Shown: positions 53,091 to 64,000 of the stretch, one piece after another
How positions within the stretch are numbered: position 1 is the stretch's first letter
How the letters are laid out: each line of letters opens with the position of its first letter
From: Octopus sinensis
Lineage: Eukaryota
DNA: 64,000 nucleotides
NCBI RefSeq assembly: GCF_006345805.1
Contig: NC_043006.1
Location: 46,748,001 to 46,812,000, forward strand
Reading direction: 5' to 3'
Position numbers and translations under genes: made by a program
Notes under the pieces: model-generated
Told to the model about the DNA's origin: nothing
What the model saw: the letters and a program-made list of their open reading frames with translations, nothing else
The model's database searches: none

Positions 53091-54130
53091 ATCCTACTAT
53101 GATGTCTCTATTTATGTCTGATTTAGCAAAACCTCACGACAAATTCAGACAATTTCTTCGACGAAGATGTTTTCCCCTCCCGTTTTCGGAATGGGCACCA
53201 TTGATCAAGTTTAAAATTGCCGTCAGCTTGGCGCCAACGCTATTGGCATGATCTACGAGGATATTCACAGATGTACCTTCGTACAAATGTGTGTATGTGT
53301 ACACGTATGACCATACATGCATTTATAAGTGTGTATGCATAAACGTATGTATGCATGTATAAATGCAAGTATCACTCTCTCTATCTCTCTCTATATATTT
53401 CTCTCAATGTATCTATCTATCTGTCTATGTATCTATCTATCTATCCATCTATCTATCCATCCATCTATCTATCCATCTATCTATCTGTTTGTCTGTCTGT
53501 CCATCTGCCTGTATATTGAGAGAGAATGAAAAGGGAGTTTAAGCATGTATATGTGTATGTACGTGTGTGCCTGTGTAATCGTGTGCGGGGACCCGCCCTC
53601 TCTCTCTGTTGTGTGTACATATCTACTGCTGTATACGTATACAGGAATGGGAGAAAGTATGTAACGATATATATGCGTACACAAACACATTTCTGTCTTA
53701 CTTGCCTCCATTATTTCACGTTCATATTAACATGCGGAGATTCGCGCATACAGGTGGTAAAAAAAATTATAGAAAACAGAAAAAGAAAAACACCAGATTC
53801 GCTAGAGACTTCTTGAGTATCTCCATAATCTCCATAATCGTCACAATAAATGAAGGGAATATGATAGCTTTTACGCAAGGAAGAGTGTGTAATGGGATGC
53901 TACAATTTTGATTCGGACTATAGTGAGAATCAATCCTGTGATCGTAGATAATATTTAAGATGCGCATGTCGAATATCACCACGTGATTATGAAGAACCCA
54001 GCATACACAGGAGTAGCTTTACTATTTAGAAACACAAAATAGGCAGCAGCAGCATCAGCTGCGGCAGCATCAATGATGATAATAATAAGCATTCTTCCCG
54101 GCGTGCTAACGGTTTGGTCAGCTCGCATTG

Positions 54131-54160
<30 letters not shown>

Positions 54161-54162
<2 letters not shown>

Positions 54163-54381
54163 CCTTTTTTACTCTAGGCACAAGGCCTGGATTTGGGGTG
54201 GAGGGGTCAGTCGGTTACATTGACTCCAGTACTCAACTGGTATTTAATATATCGAACCTGAAAAGATGAAAGGCAAAGTCGACCTCGGCGGAATTTGAAC
54301 TCAGAACGTCAAGGCGGACTAAATGCCGCTAAGCATTTCTACGGCGTGCTAACGATTCTGCCAGTTCACCTTATTATTATT

Positions 54382-54428
<47 letters not shown>

Positions 54429-54725
54429 GAAGAAGGAGGAGGAGGAGGAGGGGGAAGAAGGAGAAGAAGAAGAAGAAGAAGAAGAAGAAGAAGAAGAAGA
54501 AGAAGATTAGGAATCCTTACTATAGGCACAAGACCTGAAATTTTGGGAAAGGGGATAGCCAATTACATCGACACCAGTAATCAACAGGTACCCTATTTAT
54601 CGACCCCAAATGGATGAAAGGCAAAGTCGACCTCGGTGGAATTTGAACACAGAACGTAGGGACAGGCGAATATATCACTGAGCATTTCGCCCGGCGTTCT
54701 AATGATTGTGCCTGCTCGCCGCCTT
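54161..54725 (-). mobile_element. Two family A (A2) SINEs (54161-54372, 54512-54725) separated by (ATG)n(GAG/GAA)n
   Basis: Both show gatgaaaggcaaagtcgacctcgg.ggaatttgaac and head ends (ccagttcacctt, gctcgccgcctt). Confidence 0.88.
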
Positions 54726-54753
54726 AGCAACAACAATACTAATATTAATAGAA

Positions 54754-55920
54754 ACAAGATCAAAGCCTTCCCACCAGAAAGTGCCAAAAGCATGTAATAA
54801 AATGAAATGCAAGGCATACAGCATCTCGAAAGAGTCCAGAAGCTGGCTACCCGCATGGTTCATGGTCTCAAAAATTTGTCTTATGAAGAAAGGCTGAGGA
54901 CGCTCGACCTTTATTCTCTAGAAAAACGCTGCCGCCGTGGTGATCTCATTCTCGCTAACAACATCATAAGCGGAAAGTGTAACCTCTCGAAAGAGCTGTT
55001 CTTCACTCCTGCTCCAGAGCGTCGGCTGCGGGGTCATTCCGAAAAGCTCTACCTGCGACGATTTCATCTCAATCGAAGGAGAGGAGCTTTCTCCGTCCGG
55101 GTTGCGGATCCGTGGAACAAGCTGCCAGACGAGATGGTGAAGATGACGACGACCGCTTTGTTCAAAGTCTCCCTTGACCTCAAGTGGCCTGAACTCTTTA
55201 CATGAACACCACCCTGTACTTAACACCATGTCCCCCTACATGGCCTTGCTTTTTGCTTTTGAGCCAAAAATTAACTAACTAACTAACTAACTGCGGAATA
55301 TATGAAATTGGTAAAGAAACAATAAATCATATAGTCTCTGGCTACGCGCTCCTAGCTTAGATGGGATATATTCAAAGACACGACATAGATGGGATCTCTG
55401 TACACTGGAAGCTATGCCAACACATGGAATAACAGCAGAAAAAAAGATGGTATAGGCACACGCCAGAAAAGGTCACAGAAAATGAGAAAACAACCATATG
55501 CCAATACACACTGATAGAGAAATTATGGCCAATAAATAAAATGCTTTCTAGTTGTTGTATCAATACCAACAAATGACAATGTTTCTGTAAAAGAAGAGGA
55601 GAAACTTTCAAAATACAAAGATCTAGAAATAGTGGTAAGTCGAATCTGGAGTCTAAAAACAGAAAAAAATCCTATGATAGTAGGCGCATTAGGTATGATA
55701 ATAAAATATTCAGAGAAATACATAACAAGAACAGCAGGACTAGCAAGTATATATAACATATAGAAAATATGCTCTACTAGGCACCGTACATATCCTACGT
55801 AAAACGCTTTCAATACAGTGACAATAAAAGCATCACAACAAACCACAGTAAATGCTCAAGGCACAGAGTACTGCACTCGATAATGCAGTGAAAGCAGGTG
55901 ATAAAGATAAGACTACTGAA
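54754..55920 (+). mobile_element. Second Dong/R4 copy (3' ~0.7 kb), split by a CR1 insertion
   Basis: 54754-54813 reads QDQSLPTRKCQKHVIK; 55288-55920 resumes CGIY..KETINHIVSG..KLSKYKDLEI..GTVHILRKTL. The 3' UTR ending gactactga + (TAA)n matches 14891-14990. Confidence 0.88.
54814..55292 (+). mobile_element. CR1-clade LINE 3' fragment (RT C-terminus, 3' UTR, (AACT)n tail)
   Basis: IQHLERVQKLATRMVHGLKNLSYEERL..RGHSEKL..FSVRVADPWNKLP (CR1 C-terminal signature); frame open to the stop at 55205. Confidence 0.93.
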
Positions 55921-58187
55921 TAATAATAATAATGGTTTCTTTTATTAGTGACTGGAGCATAAATAAGGGTACCATCACAAGTATATTCTACATGTGTGTG
56001 AGCTGGATGGTGCATGAAATATGAAGAGATAGAAATGGAAAAGATGGTGGAATGAGATATAGTATACAAAGTATGTGATAACATAAATAATGCGGTCTTC
56101 CTGATTCAAGAGAAACTCAAACTAGAGCCAATAAAGGAACGTCACAGATCCAATATTACCTTGAACACCAAAGGCACTAGCCCTCACCCAGATGTTGTTA
56201 TCAAATCTACAGGCGCACGCTTAGATTACGGCTATTCACTCTACTCATGTCTGCCACAGTCATAAATTCACAGGGAGATAACACTTTTCTCCAGCATCAA
56301 TTTTATTTTCAATTCGATCATAAAATAGCCAGTGAGGCTGTGACGATATAAGGTGTTTTATTCAATCCTTTCTGTCTCGTCTGCAACACGACTTTCTTTA
56401 CCATAGTCACCAGACAAAAGAACATTACCTGCCTAGCCATGTTAAAGCTGGTTGATGGTCAATCGTAACGATACATTCCACCATAGTCAGATTCAACGGT
56501 TTCATCGCTTTGCGTGCATGTCGAGCATGGCGGTCTTTCGTGCCTGTCACGTTTTTCTGATACTGGCAGTGCTCTTCAATAGGAATGTCAAGCAAGGTAT
56601 TTCTGAAAGTTATCCAAAGTAGAACCCGAACCAGAACCAAATGACCTCCAAATCAACCCAGCTAGTTCATCTTTGTGGATGCCTAAAGTTTTCCCTAGAA
56701 CCTCATCGTTGTTATCCATCATTAGATTTCCCGATAATGCTAATGTAAAAGTTCCACCGATCGCATTACTCGACTCGCAGAGGGCACTGAGCGCCTTACG
56801 AAATTATCTGTACAAGTCGCCCAATATCGGTCTTTTCTTGACTCAGGACAATAGCTTCGTCAAAGAAGTGAGTTGCGGAATGTTACGCTTTAAAACGGTT
56901 CACAGTATAGTAAAATATGTAAGTGGCGTCGTGGCAGCGCGTGTCTGCAACGAATCAATAGCTACGGCATACCAATCTCGCCTTCCAGGGAGCGCTAGCA
57001 ATTGATGGAATGTCTGACAAAAGGAAAGCGTCATTTCCTCAGGATGGAAAAAAAGTAAACTTTCCAGCCTGGCCAAACGCGGACTTGCTCAAGGTCAGGC
57101 GGTAAATTATTGGACAGGCGAGTATGTATGCACCGCCTCTGCTTAATATGTTAGTCGTTAAAAATGGTACTGTGAGTGTTTAGATATTCGTTACGAAATC
57201 TAATTGAATCTAGACAAAACTAACTTGCAAATCCAGTTTCTGTAAATGTTTGGAACCAAGAACAATGTGATCAGCATCAAGTAACTGAGTCTCTGTATAT
57301 GTATCTTATTTTGGTTGACCGTGCACATCCTTCTTGGGTGCCCTACTAAATATCTTTCTAGACACAATCTAGATGAGGGAGGCCGTTAGTTTCTGTCCAT
57401 TTTTGCATCCTTAGGAAATCCGGTAATCATTGGTCAGTGGGCAAGAAATATCTGAGAAGGTTTGTGATGATCTTGTCAGTTCTTTATCTGTCGGCTTGGC
57501 CCAAGCATTTCCGCACTTTGTTTAAAATGGCATTCTAGTCACCCACTAATCCTAATGTGCGGAACCTTCATGAGGAAGTTTTTACACCCATGATTATGTC
57601 CGCCGTCCCTTATCGCGGTATAAACATTCGCCCTACAACAAATATATTTCCCTGCTTTCTACGGCTAGATCTAACTACTCAACTTCTCCTTTCAGAAAGT
57701 TGATCCGTGTTTTGTGCTCCAAATGGGAAAGAATCAACGGAAACAACACCTCCCAGAGTTCGCCATGGAAAAATGACTGTGCTTTCGAATTTCCCAGTAA
57801 GAAAATATCGGGTAACTGAGGAAAATATTGAAAATATCGTCGTATCAAATGATATAAATTAAACAATTCAAATGATATGAATATAACACCAGATACACTA
57901 TAACGATAATATATTTTCGATGTCTAATTAAATAATATTTTCAGAGATAGAGGAAAATATTAATATAAAAACAATATAAATCATCAGGAACTTTATATTT
58001 AAAAAAAAACTATGAGAGAAACATAGTAACAACTCAAATTAAAACAAGCTCCCAACAAATTCAATATTCAATAAATAATTCTCTACATATGCTAAGAAGA
58101 GACCTCTCAACTTCACATCAAGTTCAACAGCAATTTCTGAATTTTTTTCATTCGTTTATTTAATAATAATAATAATAATAATAATAA

Positions 58188-58226
<39 letters not shown>

Positions 58227-58291
58227 TGATACGTTTATATATTTGTTTTACAAGATCTGTGATGTGAAATCTTGTGTTGAAACAGATATTG

Positions 58292-58667
58292 TTGTATTTA
58301 GGAATGGTAATTTTGCCAGTTTAGCCAATAAAAACACACGCACTGTATATTTGGTGTTATTCCTTATTTACATTAATCTTAATCTTATTTCGGCCAGAGC
58401 TCTTTTGTCAGACTCCTGTGACCTCATCAATGGTTCTTTGCTTTCTTTTTGTATGGCTGACAGTTTAGTAAGAAGAGACACACACAAATAAGAAAGAAGA
58501 AAGCAAAGGACCGCTGATGAGGTCACAGGCGTGTGACGAAAAACTCTGGCCGAAATAAGATTAAGATTAATGTAAAAAATGAATAACGCTGAAGCAAAGT
58601 AACACCAAATATATAGTGCGTGTGTTTTTATTGGCTAAACTGGCAAACTGACCATTCCTAAATACAA
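58292..58667. repeat. Large imperfect palindrome (~160-bp arms) between (TAA)n tracts; each arm carries a hammerhead-like motif
   Basis: ttgtatttaggaatggt..ctttgctttc (58292-58450) versus the reverse complement of 58497-58667. Right arm CTGATGA-g-gtcaca-ggcg-tgtgac-GAAA at 58514-58541. Confidence 0.88.
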
Positions 58668-58669
58668 TG

Positions 58670-58718
<49 letters not shown>

Positions 58719-59149
58719 ATAAATACATATATTTATTAATTCAATTTACATCGAATATTTTCTTTACCGATTACAATACGAAAGCTTACAAAAATTATTT
58801 TTCAGAAATTGAACAAAAAATCGGATTAAGCCTTTTCGTAGCTTTGCTGATTTGGGCAAAATGGTAGGAGATTAAAAAATGAAAAATAAATAGGTCAATA
58901 ATTATAAAAAAAACTAAATTATCCCTTGCATGCAAGCAAAACGGTGGTCAAAAACGTATATAAAAAGTAAATCTCTTTGAAGTCTAGAAATATAGTGACA
59001 AATCTACCTGATCTAAATGATCTTTTGACCAAACTATCCCTTTGTTTTGTTATTGCTTCCATGAAAGAAATGAAACATCTGGATGTTTTCAGGACACCTT
59101 AAATTACGTACTGAAATTAAACGGACTACCGGATATCAACATGCGCTCC

Positions 59150-60120
59150 AACTCCCCTCGTTCGACTACGATTTTTTCAAGCCCCCAACATACCGAAAGA
59201 CAAAACATCTGGTTCCCCAACTGAGAAATTAAATGCTCCAAATCTCAACCCTCTAGCAGATCTCCAGTTGCCACGGCACTAGAATGTGAGTCAACTACCC
59301 GACCCCAATTTCTCGCACAAACTCCAACGCAGTTCGGATTTTCAAGAAAAATGGCACACCCAACGTCACATCCTATGACGTGAAAGAATTGTATGATCAA
59401 CAAAAAAATCATACTCAAGGCCACTGCAGACCTGAAGAAGCAATGTATACTTCAATTAATCTCAGCTGGCATTCCAATAGCAAAAATTGTTGATATTCCA
59501 GCTAAAGAATTTAATGCAGAGAATGTGATCGTGACTCTACCTCATGATAAACAGAATCGATAATGGCTACACCCGAAAATATTGACCCATTTAGCATAAG
59601 TTGCAAACCCTATAACCTGCGAACTCTTAACGATTTACGATTGACCATCCCTCATCTATTGTCCTACATGGGCCCTAGTAACCCAATTTCCTTTGCATTT
59701 CCTTCTTCCCCAGACGAAGTGAGATCCGTTATAATCTCCCTTAAATATAAACCAGACTCAAATGAAAATGTCCCTTCATATACTTACAAACAGACTGTTG
59801 AAATAATCAACTTACCTACTGCAATACTCTTTTATCAATCAATTGCACAAAGCGTATTTTTTGACTGTCTATAAACGGCACGTGTCATCCGGTCTATAAA
59901 ACAGGTGCTTCTAACCTTGTAAGTACCTACAGACGTAAAAGTATCTTCTCTACTCTCGCGAAGATTTTTGAAAAGTTAATTTACAAGTGACTACAGTCAT
60001 TTCTAAGTGTTAACAAAGTACTATCATATCACCAATTTGATTTTAGAGAAAGCTTTATTACTACTGATGTAATCCCTGAATTTCTAGATCATGTCTACAG
60101 TTCACTTAACATGTCTAAAT
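59150..60120 (+). mobile_element. Decayed, internally deleted L2/CR1-like LINE (possible ORF1 piece + RT N-terminus)
   Basis: SPDEVRSVIISLK, FFDCL*TARV, YRRKSILSTLAKIFEKLIYK, SYHQFDFR correspond to FPxxLKxARV, YRPISIL..SKIFEK and QFGFR. The upstream ORF1 call is weak. Confidence 0.7.
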
Positions 60121-60266
60121 ATACTCAAAACACACTGCCTAAATACCAATCTTGAGAAATTAGGCTTCTCAAAACCAGAAAGAAGAAAGCTGATTCGGAA
60201 AACACAGATAAAAGCCATTACTGGGACTGTAAAAATCTTTAAAACTTTCCAGAGGTTTTATATTTA
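60121..60266 (+). mobile_element. C-terminal fragment of a probable REL-endonuclease non-LTR element
   Basis: LKTHCLNTNLEKLGFSKPERRKLIRKTQIKAITGTVKIFKTFQRFYI*; resembles ends of REL-type ORFs as recalled, not searched. Confidence 0.45.
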
Positions 60267-61309
60267 AGTATATATGATCATGACTAGACATGCAACTATA
60301 TATATCGAAATATATACATAAAACGAAACAAAGAAATCTGCATATTTATATACATATATACAAACAAAATACCCTGCTGATATTGTTAAGATTCCAACGA
60401 AGGACCTTTGGATGTAGGTTAGAAACCGACTCTATCGCTATTGGCAAGAAATATTGAAATAAAACTGAATATTGGCATACATACATTTATATAATATATA
60501 AATATATATTCCCATGTTCCGACATTACATATAATTTTCTACACTATTGTATCACGCCTACACTATGCCACTTTAAAATTATATGTCATTTAACTTATAT
60601 ATATCCAAATATTTGGGGAAGTAGTAGGATCGACTAACTGTTACTCTATTTTATCGAACGCAGAAGGATAAGAAAAATGCTATCCGTAATATTAAATCTG
60701 AAGCTGTAGATTGAGGGACATCTGAAAATGTCTATAAAAGAACAAAAAAACAAAAACAAAATTGATTTGAAGTCATGGTGGACTTATTGTGGAACTTGCA
60801 CAAAAATTCCGGTATCCATTTTCTTACAAATATAACAAAAATATTGATTTCTCATATAATTATTGATCACATACTGGGGGTAAAAGCAGTAGGTGATTGG
60901 ATCTATCTTAAATACAAAATTGCTATGTATTTTTCGACAGCAAAGAAATTTCATTTCACACCGTAAAACTGATCTGAATAAATTCTGTTGGGAATATTGG
61001 CAGCCATTTCATCGTTCTTCCTACTCTGTTGTCTTCACAAAAAAAAGAAGAAGAAGAACAACAACAAAAACAACAACGAAAACAAGAACAACAAGAAGAT
61101 AAGTAGCAGCGAGAGATATAAGATAAGAAATACAAAGCAAGAAAATAATATTGCGAAAATATAGAATATATGGTTATAAAATATTTGCCGCATGTAAGAT
61201 AAAAACATATAAATATATAAACGTGTGCATATACATATATGCATATTTATGTAAATGCACAAATATAACCGCACGTACAGACTAAGTATATGTAAGTGTA
61301 TATATATAT

Positions 61310-61368
<59 letters not shown>

Positions 61369-61754
61369 CACATATGTACGTATGTATGTATGAGTGTCAG
61401 CATGTGTGTGTGTTGGAGTGTACATGTAGGTGAAGAAGAAAAGATCATGATAGTAATCGTCGTGGATAGGTTGTGGAATGTTCCGATGAGCAAAGTATCA
61501 TCATATCTGTAATCATTAGTCTAAGATGGCGTGATCTTATCTGCAAATACTTAACGTTCCATCTGTCTAGTCGGTTCCTCTACTGAGATTTTGTAACTGT
61601 TTCTAATGGAAACACTATCTCAGCTGCCATCTAGGCGATAGTTATGATTAATATGAATGATTTACGATGCCCACACAGAATGGAACTGGTAAAAGACAGC
61701 ATAGCTAAGTGGTTAAGGGTGTAAAAAAATGTTGTAGCGGGACACATGCATATA

Positions 61755-61792
61755 TGTATTACATGTGCATGAATATATATATATATCTATTG

Positions 61793-61840
<48 letters not shown>

Positions 61841-62068
61841 ATATGTATATATATATATATATGTGTGTGCATATATATATGTATATATATATGTGTGTGT
61901 GCATATATATATGTGTATATATATATATATATATATACGTGTGTATATATATATATATATATATGGATGTGTGTATATTATATATGTATGTGTATATATA
62001 TATATATCGCAGGTCGTACTTACTTATATCTATATATCTTTCAATCTATCTGTCTATCTATCTATCTG

Positions 62069-62113
<45 letters not shown>

Positions 62114-62280
62114 ATCTATCTATCTATCATCTATCTATCTATCTTCTATCTATCTATCTATCTATCTATATCTATCTATCTATCTATCTATCTATATCTA
62201 TCTATCTATCTATCTATCTATCTGTCTGTCTATCATCTATACACGTATACACATATATATATGAGTGTGTGTGTGTGTGA
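61755..62280. repeat. Compound (TA)n/(TG)n/(TATC)n microsatellite
   Basis: Direct inspection; source of YLSI-rich ORFs. Confidence 0.96.
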
Positions 62281-62897
62281 GCGTATGTATACATACACAA
62301 ATGAATGTGTGTAATATGTAGATTGGTACACGCACAGAGAATTTTCCACAGCACACACGTTAAAGTAGAGTGATATGACAGATGGACTGAGATAAATACG
62401 TTGTAGACGATGAGAGAAAAAATAATGATAACACATGATTAAAATTGAATATACTTCCGTGTATGAGTATTCGAGGGGAAAATGCAACAGGAAGGGAGAT
62501 GCATATGCAGGCATGTCTGTCTCTCAAATAGATGAATTTGTCATTCGTTCCACCTTTCTCTATCTCTTTATCTATCTACCCCCACCGAAAATTATTGATT
62601 ACTTCATCCCCAGTCACACCCATTTACCATTAATGTTATTTCAGTTGGGGGATATACATGGATTTGAGCTGTGATTTTTAGAAGTGAACGATATGAAAGT
62701 AGCGTATGTGACAGAGTGTGATGGAAGTGTTTGATGCTGAGATAGAAAGATTAATTGATGAGTAACAAAAACAAATAGTAGAATAAATAACACAAAATAT
62801 AATAAAGTAAGATATTCATCGTGTGAGAAGATCATGAATTAGAGCGTCAAAAATATGTAGCTGATTACTAAGAAAATATATGCGCATTCACTGGCAA

Positions 62898-62956
<59 letters not shown>

Positions 62957-63151
62957 CAGATACAGTTATTATCATACACCAGCACAAACATATGACTGGA
63001 GATAAATATGCAAAGGTACACACACATATCTTTGGTAAATGCAAAATTCCAATCGTTGTTTCAAGAGGTATTAATGATTATATAGCAGGTATTACACACA
63101 CTCACAAACACACACATATATATGAATATAAATAAATAAATAACTAACTAA

Positions 63152-63184
<33 letters not shown>

Positions 63185-64000
63185 GATGTATATATATTTA
63201 TATTTTCTTCTTCTTTCTTCTTCTCATTATTATTATTGTTATTATTGTTATTATTAAAAATTGCGAAGCCTTGGGTAAGCAGCATATGATATTTTTCAAT
63301 TCAACAAAGAACACAAAAGGGTTACATTGACCTTGCTGATATTCAGTTCGCTGAATTAAAACATGGGAGGAGAGTGTTCCTGAGATTGATGCGAATGTAC
63401 TGAAAAAAACACAAGGTTTTTCTTTAACAATGAGTTAGCACTGATCACGGACTGCTATATTAGAGGTGTTCCACTTGTGACACCCACATTAACAGTGCTA
63501 CGAATGTTACTATTCTTTACTACGTATAATTAGCATTTCATAATCCAATGTTTACCTATTTTTTAGAAATGCCGAATGACATGTATTTTCTGTTCGTAGC
63601 AGGTCAAGCGCTTACATAGAGACTTCTTTATTAACTCTTTCTAAAAGGTATGGTTTCTGCGAATGAGATGCGGATAAATACTGCAGATTTTAAGTACAAG
63701 CAATATTGCAGCTGGCACTGACAAGGTAACATTCTTTCGGCTGTCAGAAGACCAGAGAAGAAACTTAGATAATACAATCAATTGTCTTATAGATACTAGA
63801 GTATTACGTGGAAGCATGGCAATTTTTCATATCATGGCTGTTTTCGATTTTTTGACATGGATACAATCAGAGATGCTTATATGAGGTCAAGCAGTTATTA
63901 GATATGTAGGCAGTACTGACAAACGTATTCTTTTTTCTGAATTTTGTAGCATGTTGCCTTAATGAAGAGTCCCTGATTTTAAGAATAAAATTGTTTCACA

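Noticed and set aside
53110-53290. Possible mariner terminus on the minus strand (tacgaaggt..ttggcgcca)
   Set aside because: No partner TIR or transposase sequence nearby.
4552-63027. Dozens of ORFs rich in YI, HT, CV or YLSI, plus poly-M/E/Y/I ORFs (e.g. 36271-36930, 21531-21995, 61709-62314, 54295-54510)
   Set aside because: They are translations of (TA)n, (CA)n, (TATC)n and trinucleotide microsatellites that lack stop codons in some frames.
1-64000. CRISPR array, rRNA or prokaryotic operon structure
   Set aside because: No regularly spaced direct repeats with unique spacers, no rRNA motifs, and the coding density and repeat content are those of animal non-coding DNA.

Overview
AT-rich, microsatellite-dense eukaryotic DNA with no recognisable host gene exon, rRNA, true tRNA gene or CRISPR array. 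The SINE families and repeat landscape point to an octopod cephalopod (Octopus-like) intergenic or intronic region; this is an inference from recalled repeat consensus sequences, not a database result. Nearly all long ORFs in the track are (TA)n/(CA)n artefacts or transposon debris. DNA transposon remnants: Tc1 DD34E, two mariner DD34D loci, DD41D/rosa-like and hAT. Non-LTR retroelement remnants: two Dong/R4 copies in (TAA)n, RTE/BovB-like, two CR1 3' ends and a decayed L2/CR1-like LINE. There are also four tRNA-headed SINE families and several palindromic elements. Most notable: (1) a ~1.9 kb ORF1-only gag-like (RRM-like + CCHC) element with no RT, whose 3' end matches the 3' tail of a local SINE subfamily; (2) that SINE nested into its own family with readable TSDs and a recurrent RGTATTT motif after its tail; (3) minimal type-I hammerhead ribozyme motifs of the Penelope/retrozyme kind, one nearly intact and others inside a family of palindromic elements. 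All coordinates and alignments were read by eye; boundaries are approximate unless a TSD or TIR is quoted.
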